Under the pieces are notes generated by a model. The model did no database searches. It had not been told where the DNA came from and saw only the letters and a list, made by a program, of their open reading frames with translations. From IMG/VR virus record IMGVR_UViG_3300045988_110372, positions 17,924 through 81,923 of that record: DNA of 64,000 nucleotides; one strand, 5' to 3'. The translations under genes were made by a program, and so were the position numbers. How positions within the stretch are numbered: position 1 is the first letter of the stretch; every line of letters begins with the position of its first letter. Shown piece after piece: positions 8,612-17,959 of the stretch. The stretch comes from a virus.

Positions 8612-9158
8612 TCAAATTCCAATGCTGCATCGCATATTCCTTTGTCTGCACCCAACACTCCCTATGTGTATGAGGACATATCGTGTTGAACTTGGTTTCT
8701 ACGATTATCCTCTGCTCGTCCTGCTTCTCCGATACAGCAAACTTGTCGTTCAGCTTTGTACGGATTTCAATATCAAGCTTGATAAAATCCTTAGCGTCAA
8801 GTTCACCGTTCTCGTTCATCTCCTTAATCTTTGCAAGGTTCTTAATCAACTGTTCCTTGTTTTCTTCAAAGGTAATATCATCGTACTTTACCTTGCAGCT
8901 AGTTGCCGTGTTTACATCTCCCTTATCCGCATAATTGGACTTCATGTATTTTCTCAAATACCGCATCTTCTGACTTTTGTCGTACTTGTCAAGTACATCA
9001 GAAGTAAAGTCCTTACCGAAAAGACCTGCATAGACAATGTTCTTGTCCTTGAAGCTTCTGCAAAGAATAACGTAGAATATATCTCTGACGCTTATCTCAT
9101 GCTTCATCTTCTTGCCATCGTCTATAATCTTCGTAATGTCCTCTATCGCTATCGCCAT
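8559..9158 (-). CDS. Hypothetical protein between terminase and portal
   Basis: ORF track. Charged 199-aa protein. No motif recognised. Confidence 0.55.
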   Translation of the reverse strand: MAIAIEDITKIIDDGKKMKHEISVRDIFYVILCRSFKDKNIVYAGLFGKDFTSDVLDKYDKSQKMRYLRKYMKSNYADKGDVNTATSCKVKYDDITFEENKEQLIKNLAKIKEMNENGELDAKDFIKLDIEIRTKLNDKFAVSEKQDEQRIIVETKFNTICPHTHRECWVQTKEYAMQHWNLIENPNSIKEHENENGDE

Positions 9159-9181
9159 ATATATCTCTTATATTTAAAATA

Positions 9182-11845
9182 CTAACTCCAAAAACTATCG
9201 TCAAATACGTTTGCCTTATCCAATCCTAAATCGTTATCCTCTTCCAACGCCACTTCCGAAGCTATAAGCTCCTGACCGTATTCGTATTTCAACAGAGGAA
9301 GCATCCTCATTGCAATAGGGTCTAGCAAGTCCATAGACCTGTTCTTTCCCAACATCTGATTCATTTCCTTCTTGTTGAAAAGCGTCTTTTTACCACTGGG
9401 CAAACCTTTCCATCTCACGACAGAACACTCTTCTATAAATTCCGTCTTTATCGTAATGGGATTGCTCATTCTCTTGTGAGGATAAATAGCTTCCGCAATA
9501 GAATCCTCAAATGAAAGCAAACCTCTCTTTATAACCTCTACCAATCGTCCGTAGCACTCGTCCTTCATGTTGTAGTGCATACGCCAATACAACCCATTTG
9601 GTCTGTTGTATGATTTAAAACCTATCGCACCGTTGATATAGTCGTTTATATAAGCAGCCCTAATAGCATCGTAGATTATATGATTGTCAGGTATTCCGTG
9701 TCTTTCTGCCATCTGCATCAGCATCTCTGCGTTAAGTCGTGGCGTACTTGTACATAATATCTTATAGTCTATGATATGCAGACCGTTCCAAACAAGTATT
9801 ACCGTGTTATCGTCACCAGTGTCAGCCAAGTCTGCCGTTATCCATTTGTCGTTGTTCTTTCGTGGGTCGTTGTTGAAAACGCTTTCGGCAGTAGCGTATG
9901 GGATAGGTGCTTCTGCATCGTTTTTTAAAGATACATTCCAATTACCTTCAATAAGCTGTTGTGCCTGCCTTCCACCAACTGCTGCAACACTACCAGCGTA
10001 GTCCATATTGTTACCGATAGAAGCCTTGTTCTCTGACATTCTACCTAAATAGAATGTAAAGCTTTTTATAAGGTTCTTATATGTAAACCCACCACCTAAA
10101 GATTTTATCTTTCTATCAATATCGTCCCTGCATTTTCTGTAAACTTCTTCTTTTGAATCACCCCAAACAACATCGTCTACATTCTCTCCTTGAAGATAGA
10201 AGTATCTCACGACACCGTTTCTATCTTCCATTATTTGCCCATCCAATCCAACATACCAATCAATGAATTTTCTAACCCAGCAGTCTTTTTCGGGGTTTGT
10301 AGTTCCTCTGAATTTGCCCGACCATTTGGCTTTACCACGGTTACGTGATAGTAGATATTTGAACGTAGAAAACTCATACGAAGTCAATTCGTCCATATAT
10401 ATTAAGTCGTACTGGCTACCTTTCCAAGTTTCAGTTACCTTTCGTATATTTTCATCGTTAATCTGCCTGAAATCAACAAACGCCCCTGACGGAAACCTTA
10501 CACGTGGAGGGTCTGTTGATTTCACTTCAATGTGATTACCATAGGCAGATTTAAAATCGTCTGTCAAAGAACCACCACCTTTCAATTCCGAGAATGTTCT
10601 TCGTGTGAAACATGCACGGAAATTTGGGTCTAATGATGGCTCGGCAACAGAAAGGATTGCAGCAAAAGACTTTCCGCAGTTCCTTGTTATAACGTATCCA
10701 TCTGTTAAATATATATGCTCGTTACCCGAAACATTTATACATCTAACATTTTTTTTGCCGACAAGTTTATAATCCATAATGCTTAGCATTGTGCTACATT
10801 TTCTGTCTTTTTCAGTTATAGCCTTATTTTTTTTTCTATCTAAGCAAAACAAATCTTTATCATTCTTAGTCCACACTAACAATCCGTAAGATTTAGCACA
10901 GTTTACCTCTTTCCCATTTTGTATTCTTTTTGTTTTATCTGTAATGTGTATTGAACATCTTCCACCTATACTCCATATTAATTCTTGAATATCATTTGCC
11001 AAATTTTCACTTGTTGTCCTGTAAGAAACTCTGCTTTTCCTATTTGTGCTAGATTGGGAGCAGCAGCCATCTGTATCGAACAGCCCTCTTATAAGCTCCA
11101 TTCTGTCTTCTATACTTGAATACTTATATATGTTAGGTATAAATTTATCATAAGACAATTTGCCCCACAATCCAAGTTCCTTCAAATACTCAACAACTTC
11201 TTTATTTCTGATGCAATAATGCAGGCTATTCTTATTTTTACTTTCTTTAACTATATCATATCCTAACCCTTTTATTCTTTCAATAGTTTGATAATCCTTA
11301 GAATGGCAAGCAAGGTCAGCTCTATGTAACTTATTAGATAAACAACCATCGCCTATTAGACAACCTAGTAAATACGGATGTATTTTAAGATTATCTTTTT
11401 TGTAAAAAGATACAGGCTGAGTAAGAGGTATTCTCAATCTATTCACATGTCTTTTATCCCTATTCTTAGATTTATCAATATATTTTATAATATCTTCGGA
11501 AGAAATATCAATAATATTTCCATGCCTTTCTTTTACCATCCAACGGTGAGAAAGAGCACTCTGAACCTTCCTTCCATCTTGTAACGTAAACTCAACAACA
11601 TCTTGTAGTCCTTTGTCTATTACAAAATTAACCACTTGATTTCCACCCATTGGATTATGTATTATATCTCCTACCTTTATATCTCCCATTTTTCTAAATC
11701 CGTCAGGAGTTGATATTAAGGCATCCATTGGTTGAGGGTTGAGTACCCCTCCGCCTATAACCACGTCTATATTGCTGCGGACGAAATTTTCTTGAAATCC
11801 TTCCTGCGGTCTGATAATTCTTATTTCACTTTCTTCATTTGCCAT
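9182..11845 (-). CDS. terL: Terminase large subunit, interrupted by an intein in the Walker A loop
   Basis: The exteins read ...VVIGGGVLN / CGKSFAAILS..., which regenerates GxxxxGKS. Walker B-like LIYMDE is present, and a C-terminal nuclease-type region follows. 887 aa including a 353-aa insert. Confidence 0.9.
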   Translation of the reverse strand: MANEESEIRIIRPQEGFQENFVRSNIDVVIGGGVLNPQPMDALISTPDGFRKMGDIKVGDIIHNPMGGNQVVNFVIDKGLQDVVEFTLQDGRKVQSALSHRWMVKERHGNIIDISSEDIIKYIDKSKNRDKRHVNRLRIPLTQPVSFYKKDNLKIHPYLLGCLIGDGCLSNKLHRADLACHSKDYQTIERIKGLGYDIVKESKNKNSLHYCIRNKEVVEYLKELGLWGKLSYDKFIPNIYKYSSIEDRMELIRGLFDTDGCCSQSSTNRKSRVSYRTTSENLANDIQELIWSIGGRCSIHITDKTKRIQNGKEVNCAKSYGLLVWTKNDKDLFCLDRKKNKAITEKDRKCSTMLSIMDYKLVGKKNVRCINVSGNEHIYLTDGYVITRNCGKSFAAILSVAEPSLDPNFRACFTRRTFSELKGGGSLTDDFKSAYGNHIEVKSTDPPRVRFPSGAFVDFRQINDENIRKVTETWKGSQYDLIYMDELTSYEFSTFKYLLSRNRGKAKWSGKFRGTTNPEKDCWVRKFIDWYVGLDGQIMEDRNGVVRYFYLQGENVDDVVWGDSKEEVYRKCRDDIDRKIKSLGGGFTYKNLIKSFTFYLGRMSENKASIGNNMDYAGSVAAVGGRQAQQLIEGNWNVSLKNDAEAPIPYATAESVFNNDPRKNNDKWITADLADTGDDNTVILVWNGLHIIDYKILCTSTPRLNAEMLMQMAERHGIPDNHIIYDAIRAAYINDYINGAIGFKSYNRPNGLYWRMHYNMKDECYGRLVEVIKRGLLSFEDSIAEAIYPHKRMSNPITIKTEFIEECSVVRWKGLPSGKKTLFNKKEMNQMLGKNRSMDLLDPIAMRMLPLLKYEYGQELIASEVALEEDNDLGLDKANVFDDSFWS
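10679..11737 (-). mobile_element. Intein with LAGLIDADG homing endonuclease domain (about Pro37-Asn389 of TerL)
   Basis: Hint block A-like PQPMDALISTPDG. Block B SHRW. LAGLIDADG motifs YLLGCLIGDGC and LIRGLFDTDGC. Block F VRCINVSGNEHIYLTDG. Block G YVITRN followed by the +1 Cys. Confidence 0.8.
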
Positions 11846-12840
11846 TAATCACTCTCCCACACTTCGTAGGCTAGCAATGATTTGTATGCTTTTTCAGAAA
11901 TCAAGCCTTTACTGAAATAATCTTCGGCAATGTCTTTAATATATGCTTCCTTTTCTTTCTTATAAGCTTGAAATGCTTCTTTTTCAGTATTGAACCGCCC
12001 CAAGTAAACTTGCTCTCCACCTTTTGATAATCTTGAACTAAAAGTTCCTTGTTTCGTTTTACTGACACCAATCATTGTGTCGCCACGATTTTTATCTGAT
12101 TTTGTAAATAACGTATTAATAAATCTAGGTACTATCAGACATGTGTCGGGGCTGTAAGCCTTGTTTCCGTGAACCATAATATCCTTGTCAAGTTCATATC
12201 CGTCTTTGTACCCATTTTCAGGATTTTCAAACCATTCCCTGAAATTTTTATAATGAAGCCATTCTTCGCAAACATAAGCATCTTTATATGTCAGATTCTC
12301 GGCTTTATAATCTTCGCAATAACATCTTCTAAGCATGTGCATCCACGCTGAATATGCTGGATAGTATTTACCGTCTTTATCTACACAGAATCTTTCATCA
12401 TCGTTTATCCCAGCACCGTAAACCAATTCCCCTCTTGAAGATTTAGATATAGCCTCTTTCGCATAACATTCGCAACCGCTTCCTCTTGATATATGACTAT
12501 TAGGAATTATCCAAAATTCCTTGCCACACCTTTTACATATTAAGCAAACTTTAGTATGTGAATCTACATACTCTACCTTTGAATAGTCATATCTACCTCC
12601 GTGTATTTTCTTTGACTTTTCTATAAAGTATTCCTTACCCATTACAACGCCGCTACACTTCGCACATTTGCACCCCTGAAGATGTATTCTTGGTAATACC
12701 CAAAATTCTCCGTGTTCGGGGCAGATAACACATACTTTTGTGTTGTTGTTTACATATTCAACCTTTGAGTAATCATACTCATCTCCGTGAACTTTTCTTG
12801 CTTCTGCAATAAACTGTTCCGTTGTTTTTCTTTTTCCCAT
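11845..12840 (-). CDS. Free-standing homing-endonuclease-like protein: two Zn-ribbon repeats + HNH_3-like core + AP2 DNA-binding domain
   Basis: Repeats VHGDEYDYSKVEY..CVICPEHGEFW..C.KC. AP2-like IGVSKTKQGTFSSRLSKGGEQVYLGRFNTEKEAFQAY. Confidence 0.75.
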   Translation of the reverse strand: MGKRKTTEQFIAEARKVHGDEYDYSKVEYVNNNTKVCVICPEHGEFWVLPRIHLQGCKCAKCSGVVMGKEYFIEKSKKIHGGRYDYSKVEYVDSHTKVCLICKRCGKEFWIIPNSHISRGSGCECYAKEAISKSSRGELVYGAGINDDERFCVDKDGKYYPAYSAWMHMLRRCYCEDYKAENLTYKDAYVCEEWLHYKNFREWFENPENGYKDGYELDKDIMVHGNKAYSPDTCLIVPRFINTLFTKSDKNRGDTMIGVSKTKQGTFSSRLSKGGEQVYLGRFNTEKEAFQAYKKEKEAYIKDIAEDYFSKGLISEKAYKSLLAYEVWESD

Positions 12841-12959
12841 AATTCTAAAATTTTAAAAAATTAACTTAATTCCACAATTCACAAAAATAAAGGGAAGGGC
12901 GAATCATGGAAAGTCCCTTTTCGAAAGGTTAATTACTCCTTTCTATCCCTTTACATACG

Positions 12960-12967
12960 CAAATATA
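12960..12967 (-). promoter_or_regulatory. TATATTTG -7 box (minus strand) for the HE/terminase/portal operon
   Basis: Plus strand reads caaatata. It lies about 120 nt upstream of the ATG at 12840. Confidence 0.45.
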
Positions 12968-13005
12968 CAAATAAATAATATAAATATAAATATGTATCTA
13001 AAAAG

Positions 13006-13024
13006 TTAGTTCATAGTGAACTAA
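13006..13024. promoter_or_regulatory. 19-bp palindrome between the divergent late promoters (candidate operator)
   Basis: ttagttca-tag-tgaactaa, with perfect 8-bp arms. Confidence 0.3.
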
Positions 13025-13063
13025 GTTGATAGCAATTCCTATTGTAATGATTACAAAAGTGTT

Positions 13064-13071
13064 TATATTTG
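13064..13071 (+). promoter_or_regulatory. TATATTTG -7 box for the scaffold-to-tape-measure operon
   Basis: Exact match 32 nt upstream of the ATG at 13103. Confidence 0.5.
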
Positions 13072-13102
13072 CGATAAGTTAAATTTTTATAATTGCAAGT
13101 TT

Positions 13103-13750
13103 ATGAAATTCACTAAGGAAGAAGCCTTTGAAAGCCTCAAAGGTATTTTGACGAATAGCGGCAAGAAACCCTTGCGCATGTCGGAAAGAAGCATACAGAA
13201 GCAGTTAGAATCCCTAATGCCTCTAGTTGCGAATGATGAAATGGAATTGAATGACTTCATTGCAAAGGTGAAAGATACTTTCAGCGTAATGAACTCAAAT
13301 GCCGAAAAGGACAATTCCGATTTTGTCAATCAATGGAAAAAGGAACATCCCGACCAAGAACCTAAACCTGCTGGTAGCAGTGATTCGGACAATCCGCAGA
13401 TTAAAACTCTTATGGATGAAATCAAGGCGATGCGAGAAGAAATGAACGCAGGCAAGCGTGAAAATGCTATCAAGGCAAAACGTAACGAGCTTGCTTCGGC
13501 TTTGAAGAAGAAAGGTGTAAAGGATGAGGAATGGATGAGTGATTTTCTTTCGGAAATCAATATTACGGAAGATATGGATGTTGATGTTAAGGCAGATTCT
13601 TTCCTTAAAATTTACAACCGTTCAAGAGCAGATGTCGGTGACGGGGCTAGTCCTAAAAATGCTTCCAACGGTGATACCAAGAAATATAAAACTATGTTCG
13701 AGGACATCAGAAAAGAAAGAGAGAAGATGCAGGAGAACGAAAAAGTCTAA
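13103..13750 (+). CDS. Scaffolding protein (candidate)
   Basis: A 215-aa, highly charged, helical-looking protein at the head of the capsid operon. Confidence 0.55.
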   Translation: MKFTKEEAFESLKGILTNSGKKPLRMSERSIQKQLESLMPLVANDEMELNDFIAKVKDTFSVMNSNAEKDNSDFVNQWKKEHPDQEPKPAGSSDSDNPQIKTLMDEIKAMREEMNAGKRENAIKAKRNELASALKKKGVKDEEWMSDFLSEINITEDMDVDVKADSFLKIYNRSRADVGDGASPKNASNGDTKKYKTMFEDIRKEREKMQENEKV

Positions 13751-13774
13751 CAAATTAAACAAGGAGAAGAAAGA

Positions 13775-14509
13775 ATGAGTAATTATTATGATGCTTACAG
13801 AGTGCCCGGAGTTGCTTATGCAAGGGTACAATTAAGTGCTGCTGGTGATATTGGAGGTCAACGTTCGGTGTTCGTTGATATTAGCGGACAGAAAAACGAT
13901 TTGGTTGCTCCTACATTCGGTGCTACTTGGATGAATCCTTTCAAAGGATTTGCTAAAATCTATGCAGGTGACTTGTTTGAGTTCAGAACAGACGACAAGG
14001 GTGAACATCCCGAAGCTTATCTGTTGAAAACATTCAAGGTCAAATCACAGTCAACCACTACTATTAAAATCTACCGTGACGGATATTCACATGTTCCGTT
14101 TGTAGGTGACGTATTGATGAAAGCACCTGATACTATCGGTGCTGAAGGCGGTCAGGCTTCTAAGGTTACTTCCGTAACTGAATCTATTGACGGTGGCAAA
14201 GACGTTTGGGAAGTTGTTGTAGATACTGAAATTGCAAGTCTGACTGACGGTGATATTTTGGTTGAAGCACAAGATAAATCACAAACTGCTACTGGTACAA
14301 TGCTTGTGAAGAATATCAGTGCTGTTGCTCCGTGTGACTATGACTTCGTTTACTATCCTATGACTAACAACTACAAGGATGTAAGCAAGGTACGTGTAAA
14401 CATTACACCGATGCTGCACAGCACAATGTACATTCACAAGATGTCGCCTATGCCTAAATGTGTGTTGGATTTGAACAAGAGCCGTATCAACGGTTGGTAT
14501 GAGGTTTAA
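13775..14509 (+). CDS. Capsid-associated protein at the lambda-D position (decoration/auxiliary candidate)
   Basis: Lies between scaffold and major capsid. An aaggag RBS is present. Codon use resembles the capsid gene. No motif recognised. Confidence 0.5.
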   Translation: MSNYYDAYRVPGVAYARVQLSAAGDIGGQRSVFVDISGQKNDLVAPTFGATWMNPFKGFAKIYAGDLFEFRTDDKGEHPEAYLLKTFKVKSQSTTTIKIYRDGYSHVPFVGDVLMKAPDTIGAEGGQASKVTSVTESIDGGKDVWEVVVDTEIASLTDGDILVEAQDKSQTATGTMLVKNISAVAPCDYDFVYYPMTNNYKDVSKVRVNITPMLHSTMYIHKMSPMPKCVLDLNKSRINGWYEV

Positions 14510-14528
14510 TTAAAGAAGGAGGTAAGAA

Positions 14529-15695
14529 ATGGCAAAATTCGATATTAAAAACAGCATGTACGCACAATTCTATTCGGATGCTACAATGCTGCGTACTTAC
14601 GTAAACGAAGATGCTCTTTTGCGCACCAATTTCGGTTTTTGGAGAAGTCAGTTTGAAATCAATCCTGAAACTACTCCTACCGATGAAAAGGGCGTAGCGG
14701 CTTATCATGTTGAGGAAGTTATTGAAACCATAGCTCCGATGGCAGAAGTACGTGCCCCGCTTGGTCGTTCTAAGGCTATTGACCGTGAAGGAACAGCGTG
14801 GAGAACTGGTACTATTCCTGACTTGATTTCTTTCGGTTACTACGAAAACGCTTTTGAAAGAAGCTATGAAAATGACATCTTAGACCAGTACGGTCGTGAC
14901 AAGGCACTTATCATGCAGTGGACTAAACAAGTTCAGAAGCAGGTGGATTCACTGAATCAGGCTTTGTCAAACATGTCTGCACAGTTACTGTCTACTGGTA
15001 AGATTGACTACACAAACGGTCGTGGTCTGAAATACTACCATGACATGCAGTTGCCTAAAGAAAATATTCAGAAGGCAGGTACAGGTGCTTGGGCTACCAA
15101 GTCTACAAAGATTTTAGACCAAATGGCTAAGATTGAGAATGACTTCCGCATGAAAACTGGTTTTGAAGGTGCTATGAAATGGCAGATTCCTTACGATATG
15201 TGGATGAATACATTCCTGACTAACGAGCAGGTAATTGAATGGGTTAAATTCTCTAAGGCACTTGTAGGAATCACTGTTCCCGAAACATCTATCGTAACTC
15301 CTGACGAAGCAAATATTGCTATCGCTAAGTACGGTAAGATTTCACCTATTGAAATTATCGTTGAAAAACAGAACAACTTCTCTACAATGGTTAGCGGATG
15401 GAAGAGCAACATGGCTGTATTGCGTCCTGCGGGATATGCTGGTTACATCATGCACACAGACATTCTTGACAAGAAGATGCACGACAGAGCAGGTGCTAAA
15501 TCTGTATCTAAGGTGTTTGCTCCTGTTGGTGAAGGCGGTCTGTTCACATTGATTAACATCAACCGTGACAACGGTGACTATCAGGAATGGTCTACTGAAA
15601 CAGTTGTTTCTGCTGCTCCTACATTGACAGAATTTACAAAACACATTCTTGTCAAGACAGACGAGGCAGGTGAAGGAACTACAACTTTGGATTAA
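14529..15695 (+). CDS. Major capsid protein (lambda gpE / HK97-fold type)
   Basis: 388 aa. Strong aaggagg RBS at 14516-14522. The position and the highly-expressed codon bias fit. My recollection of E-family capsid proteins is only approximate. Confidence 0.75.
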   Translation: MAKFDIKNSMYAQFYSDATMLRTYVNEDALLRTNFGFWRSQFEINPETTPTDEKGVAAYHVEEVIETIAPMAEVRAPLGRSKAIDREGTAWRTGTIPDLISFGYYENAFERSYENDILDQYGRDKALIMQWTKQVQKQVDSLNQALSNMSAQLLSTGKIDYTNGRGLKYYHDMQLPKENIQKAGTGAWATKSTKILDQMAKIENDFRMKTGFEGAMKWQIPYDMWMNTFLTNEQVIEWVKFSKALVGITVPETSIVTPDEANIAIAKYGKISPIEIIVEKQNNFSTMVSGWKSNMAVLRPAGYAGYIMHTDILDKKMHDRAGAKSVSKVFAPVGEGGLFTLININRDNGDYQEWSTETVVSAAPTLTEFTKHILVKTDEAGEGTTTLD

Positions 15696-15711
15696 TTTAG
15701 GGTAATGTATT

Positions 15712-16068
15712 ATGGTGCAGTTTGATATTATAGAATATATTTCCACATTGGCTGGTAATTTTGTGATGGATGCCTCGCTGTGCAAACGTATTGCAATGGA
15801 AAGGGGCGTACTTGACGTAACGGATTTTTCTCAGCTTGAACAGAAACAGAAAGATTTGCTGTTAGCTGATGTTTTGTTTGCCATGTACCTTTCCCCAAAT
15901 TCTTCTTCTAGTATAACACAGCAGCATGGGGCTTATTCAAAGACAGTAGGTAGTCAGACGATTAATGACAAGAAAGGTATCTATAATACGATGATTGCAT
16001 TATATAGAAAATGGGATGATGAGAAACTGAGCAGTGTCGAAGAGGGCACTGTTCAGTGGCTTGAATAA
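15712..16068 (+). CDS. Head-tail connector/adaptor (candidate)
   Basis: Small ORF directly after the capsid gene. Called from gene order only. Confidence 0.55.
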   Translation: MVQFDIIEYISTLAGNFVMDASLCKRIAMERGVLDVTDFSQLEQKQKDLLLADVLFAMYLSPNSSSSITQQHGAYSKTVGSQTINDKKGIYNTMIALYRKWDDEKLSSVEEGTVQWLE

Positions 16069-16088
16069 TATATATAAAATGTAGCTTT

Positions 16089-16433
16089 ATGATTGCAGAC
16101 AAGAACCTTATACAAGAATATCCGTTTGATGGTGCTTTCTACCGTTTGGAGAAAGATATGAGCAAGCCGCCTTCTCAGCAAAAGTTGGAAGAGGTGCTTG
16201 TCTTTGAAACCAAGTGTGACATTCAGGAGGCACAGAAGAGTGATTCTTCGGGGGTGTTCGCTTCTACATACAATGTATATTTCCCTTTTGACAAGGATAA
16301 GGGTGTTGGCGTAGAGAAAGGAATGGTGTTCAAAGGTTCTTTCTACGGTGTTAAGGTTGAGGGAGAGATATTCGGGCTTTTTCCTACACAGCTTGGCGGT
16401 TGTGCGGTTTACTTAAAAGACAGAAAGGTATGA
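16089..16433 (+). CDS. Head-tail joining protein (candidate)
   Basis: Gene order. ATGA overlap with the next gene. Confidence 0.55.
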   Translation: MIADKNLIQEYPFDGAFYRLEKDMSKPPSQQKLEEVLVFETKCDIQEAQKSDSSGVFASTYNVYFPFDKDKGVGVEKGMVFKGSFYGVKVEGEIFGLFPTQLGGCAVYLKDRKV

Positions 16434-16885
16434 GCAGTTTCAAGGACAAATACATACAGAAATATGCCGAGAAACTGGCAGACGATGGAAGAAAGCTGAT
16501 AAATAAAGCCTTTCTCACCGCAGACTTCAAAAAGGACAAGACACAGAACTTGCACGATTCATACGGATGTGCGGTGTATTACAACAGAAGGCTGGTATTC
16601 GGTACTAAGAGATTGTTGTCACCACGTGCAAACGAGCCTAGATACAACAAGTATTCAGGTCAGAACGAATACGGATATAACGAGATAAACGACTTTCTTG
16701 ATTCGTATAGACCAAGCGGTGATGGACTTGTATTAGTTATTGCAGTAGCAATGTTCTATGGCGAGATACTTGAAAAGAAAAAAGGAAGTCTAAAGAGGAA
16801 ATACAATGTTATTTCGGGTGTAAGTTCTGACATAAAAGCTTTGGCAGACAAATATAAAGGTACGGTAAGAGATGTAAATTTGTGA
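16430..16885 (+). CDS. Head-tail joining / tail completion protein (candidate); start taken at the ATGA overlap
   Basis: Track ORF 16400-16885. Met at 16430 overlaps the preceding stop. Confidence 0.55.
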   Translation: MSSFKDKYIQKYAEKLADDGRKLINKAFLTADFKKDKTQNLHDSYGCAVYYNRRLVFGTKRLLSPRANEPRYNKYSGQNEYGYNEINDFLDSYRPSGDGLVLVIAVAMFYGEILEKKKGSLKRKYNVISGVSSDIKALADKYKGTVRDVNL

Positions 16886-17271
16886 TTATGATAAAGGATA
16901 GTCTTGAAATACAGAATGTGTATGATTTCTTTCACGGTCTTTTCTACGGAGAAGATAAGCTGACGCTGAACTTATATTTTGACCGTTTGCCTGACGGTAT
17001 AGAGAGAGAATTGAACGAAATGGTTCTCGTTGACATATCGGATGCCATTCAGGATTTAGGAGGGTGTGGGAAAGCTACGATAGCGGTATATTGCTATGCA
17101 GTACCCGATGGGGAAGTCAGTCTTGGCGATATAGATAAGAAACTTTTCCAACTTATAAAAAGCTACAAAAGCGAACATTATTTCATTGCAAGGGATAAGA
17201 CGTACCCTGACTATGACTACGAAAGAGGTATGGATTGTCACGTTACCTTGTTGAATTTATTGATTGTTTAA
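16882..17271 (+). CDS. Tail terminator / completion protein (candidate)
   Basis: Gene order. GTGA overlap start; an alternative ATG lies at 16888. Confidence 0.55.
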   Translation: MIMIKDSLEIQNVYDFFHGLFYGEDKLTLNLYFDRLPDGIERELNEMVLVDISDAIQDLGGCGKATIAVYCYAVPDGEVSLGDIDKKLFQLIKSYKSEHYFIARDKTYPDYDYERGMDCHVTLLNLLIV

Positions 17272-17292
17272 ACTTTAAAAACAGATATAATT

Positions 17293-17874
17293 ATGGCAAT
17301 AACAAACAATGCTCTTGATAAAAACAAGATTTTGCTTTACGGATTGACAGAGTTGAAGCTTATTCCGTATGCAGGTGATGCTTTGGGTACAAAGTCTTTC
17401 ACATTTGACACTTTGCTTGCGGATAGTGTTTCCTTGCAGCAGGATGAAAATACAATCAACCAGCGTGACTGTGAAACTAAGTCTGAACCTGCAATTAAGA
17501 ACGTAGTATTGGGTTCTTGGCAGTTTGCAGCTACTTCACTTGACTTGCAGGGTGAAATCCTTGCTAACTTCGGTGGCTGGGTTGCTGGTAGCACTGATAC
17601 CGATGTATATCTTGCACCTTCCGCTTACAAGACACTTTACGCTATGGCTATCATGAAATTCGGTTCTAGCGACATGTGCGTAGTATGTCCGAAGATTCAG
17701 ATTGACGCTCGTGCGGTACTTGCTTCACTGAAAACAAGTTCAAGTGAATGTGCTATTTCAGGTACAGCCGTTGAAGGCGAATTGACTGTTGACAGCGGCA
17801 AGAAGAAAGCTACTGTTGCTTTTGTTCCTGCTGGAAAGCTTGAAACAGTTATCCCTGAATTGGCTGGGGAATAA
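17293..17874 (+). CDS. Major tail (tube) protein (candidate)
   Basis: A 193-aa ORF just upstream of the chaperone pair and tape measure, followed by an attenuator hairpin. Confidence 0.6.
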   Translation: MAITNNALDKNKILLYGLTELKLIPYAGDALGTKSFTFDTLLADSVSLQQDENTINQRDCETKSEPAIKNVVLGSWQFAATSLDLQGEILANFGGWVAGSTDTDVYLAPSAYKTLYAMAIMKFGSSDMCVVCPKIQIDARAVLASLKTSSSECAISGTAVEGELTVDSGKKKATVAFVPAGKLETVIPELAGE

Positions 17875-17902
17875 TTGGAGAGTAACAAAACTCTATAAAA
17901 GG

Positions 17903-17936
17903 AAAGGGTGGTGGTAGTTTTGCCACTGCCCTTTTT
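17903..17936 (+). terminator. Hairpin + T-run after the tail tube gene (partial terminator)
   Basis: aaaggg..gtgg pairs with ccac..cccttt. ttttt follows. Confidence 0.5.
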
Positions 17937-17959
17937 GGTTATAAAACGGTATATGAATT

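Noticed and set aside
8481-9185. 234-aa plus-strand ORF
   Set aside because: It is fully antisense to ORF 8559-9158. Its Leu/Val/Phe-rich, low-complexity composition is typical of the antisense strand of Lys/Glu-rich AT-rich genes. It breaks the co-oriented gene string.
15342-15785. 147-aa minus-strand ORF, and the many 60-130-aa ORFs antisense to the tape measure, portal, terminase and ATPase genes
   Set aside because: They lie antisense within strongly supported long genes. They have Cys/Ser/Leu-rich composition and no promoter or RBS context.
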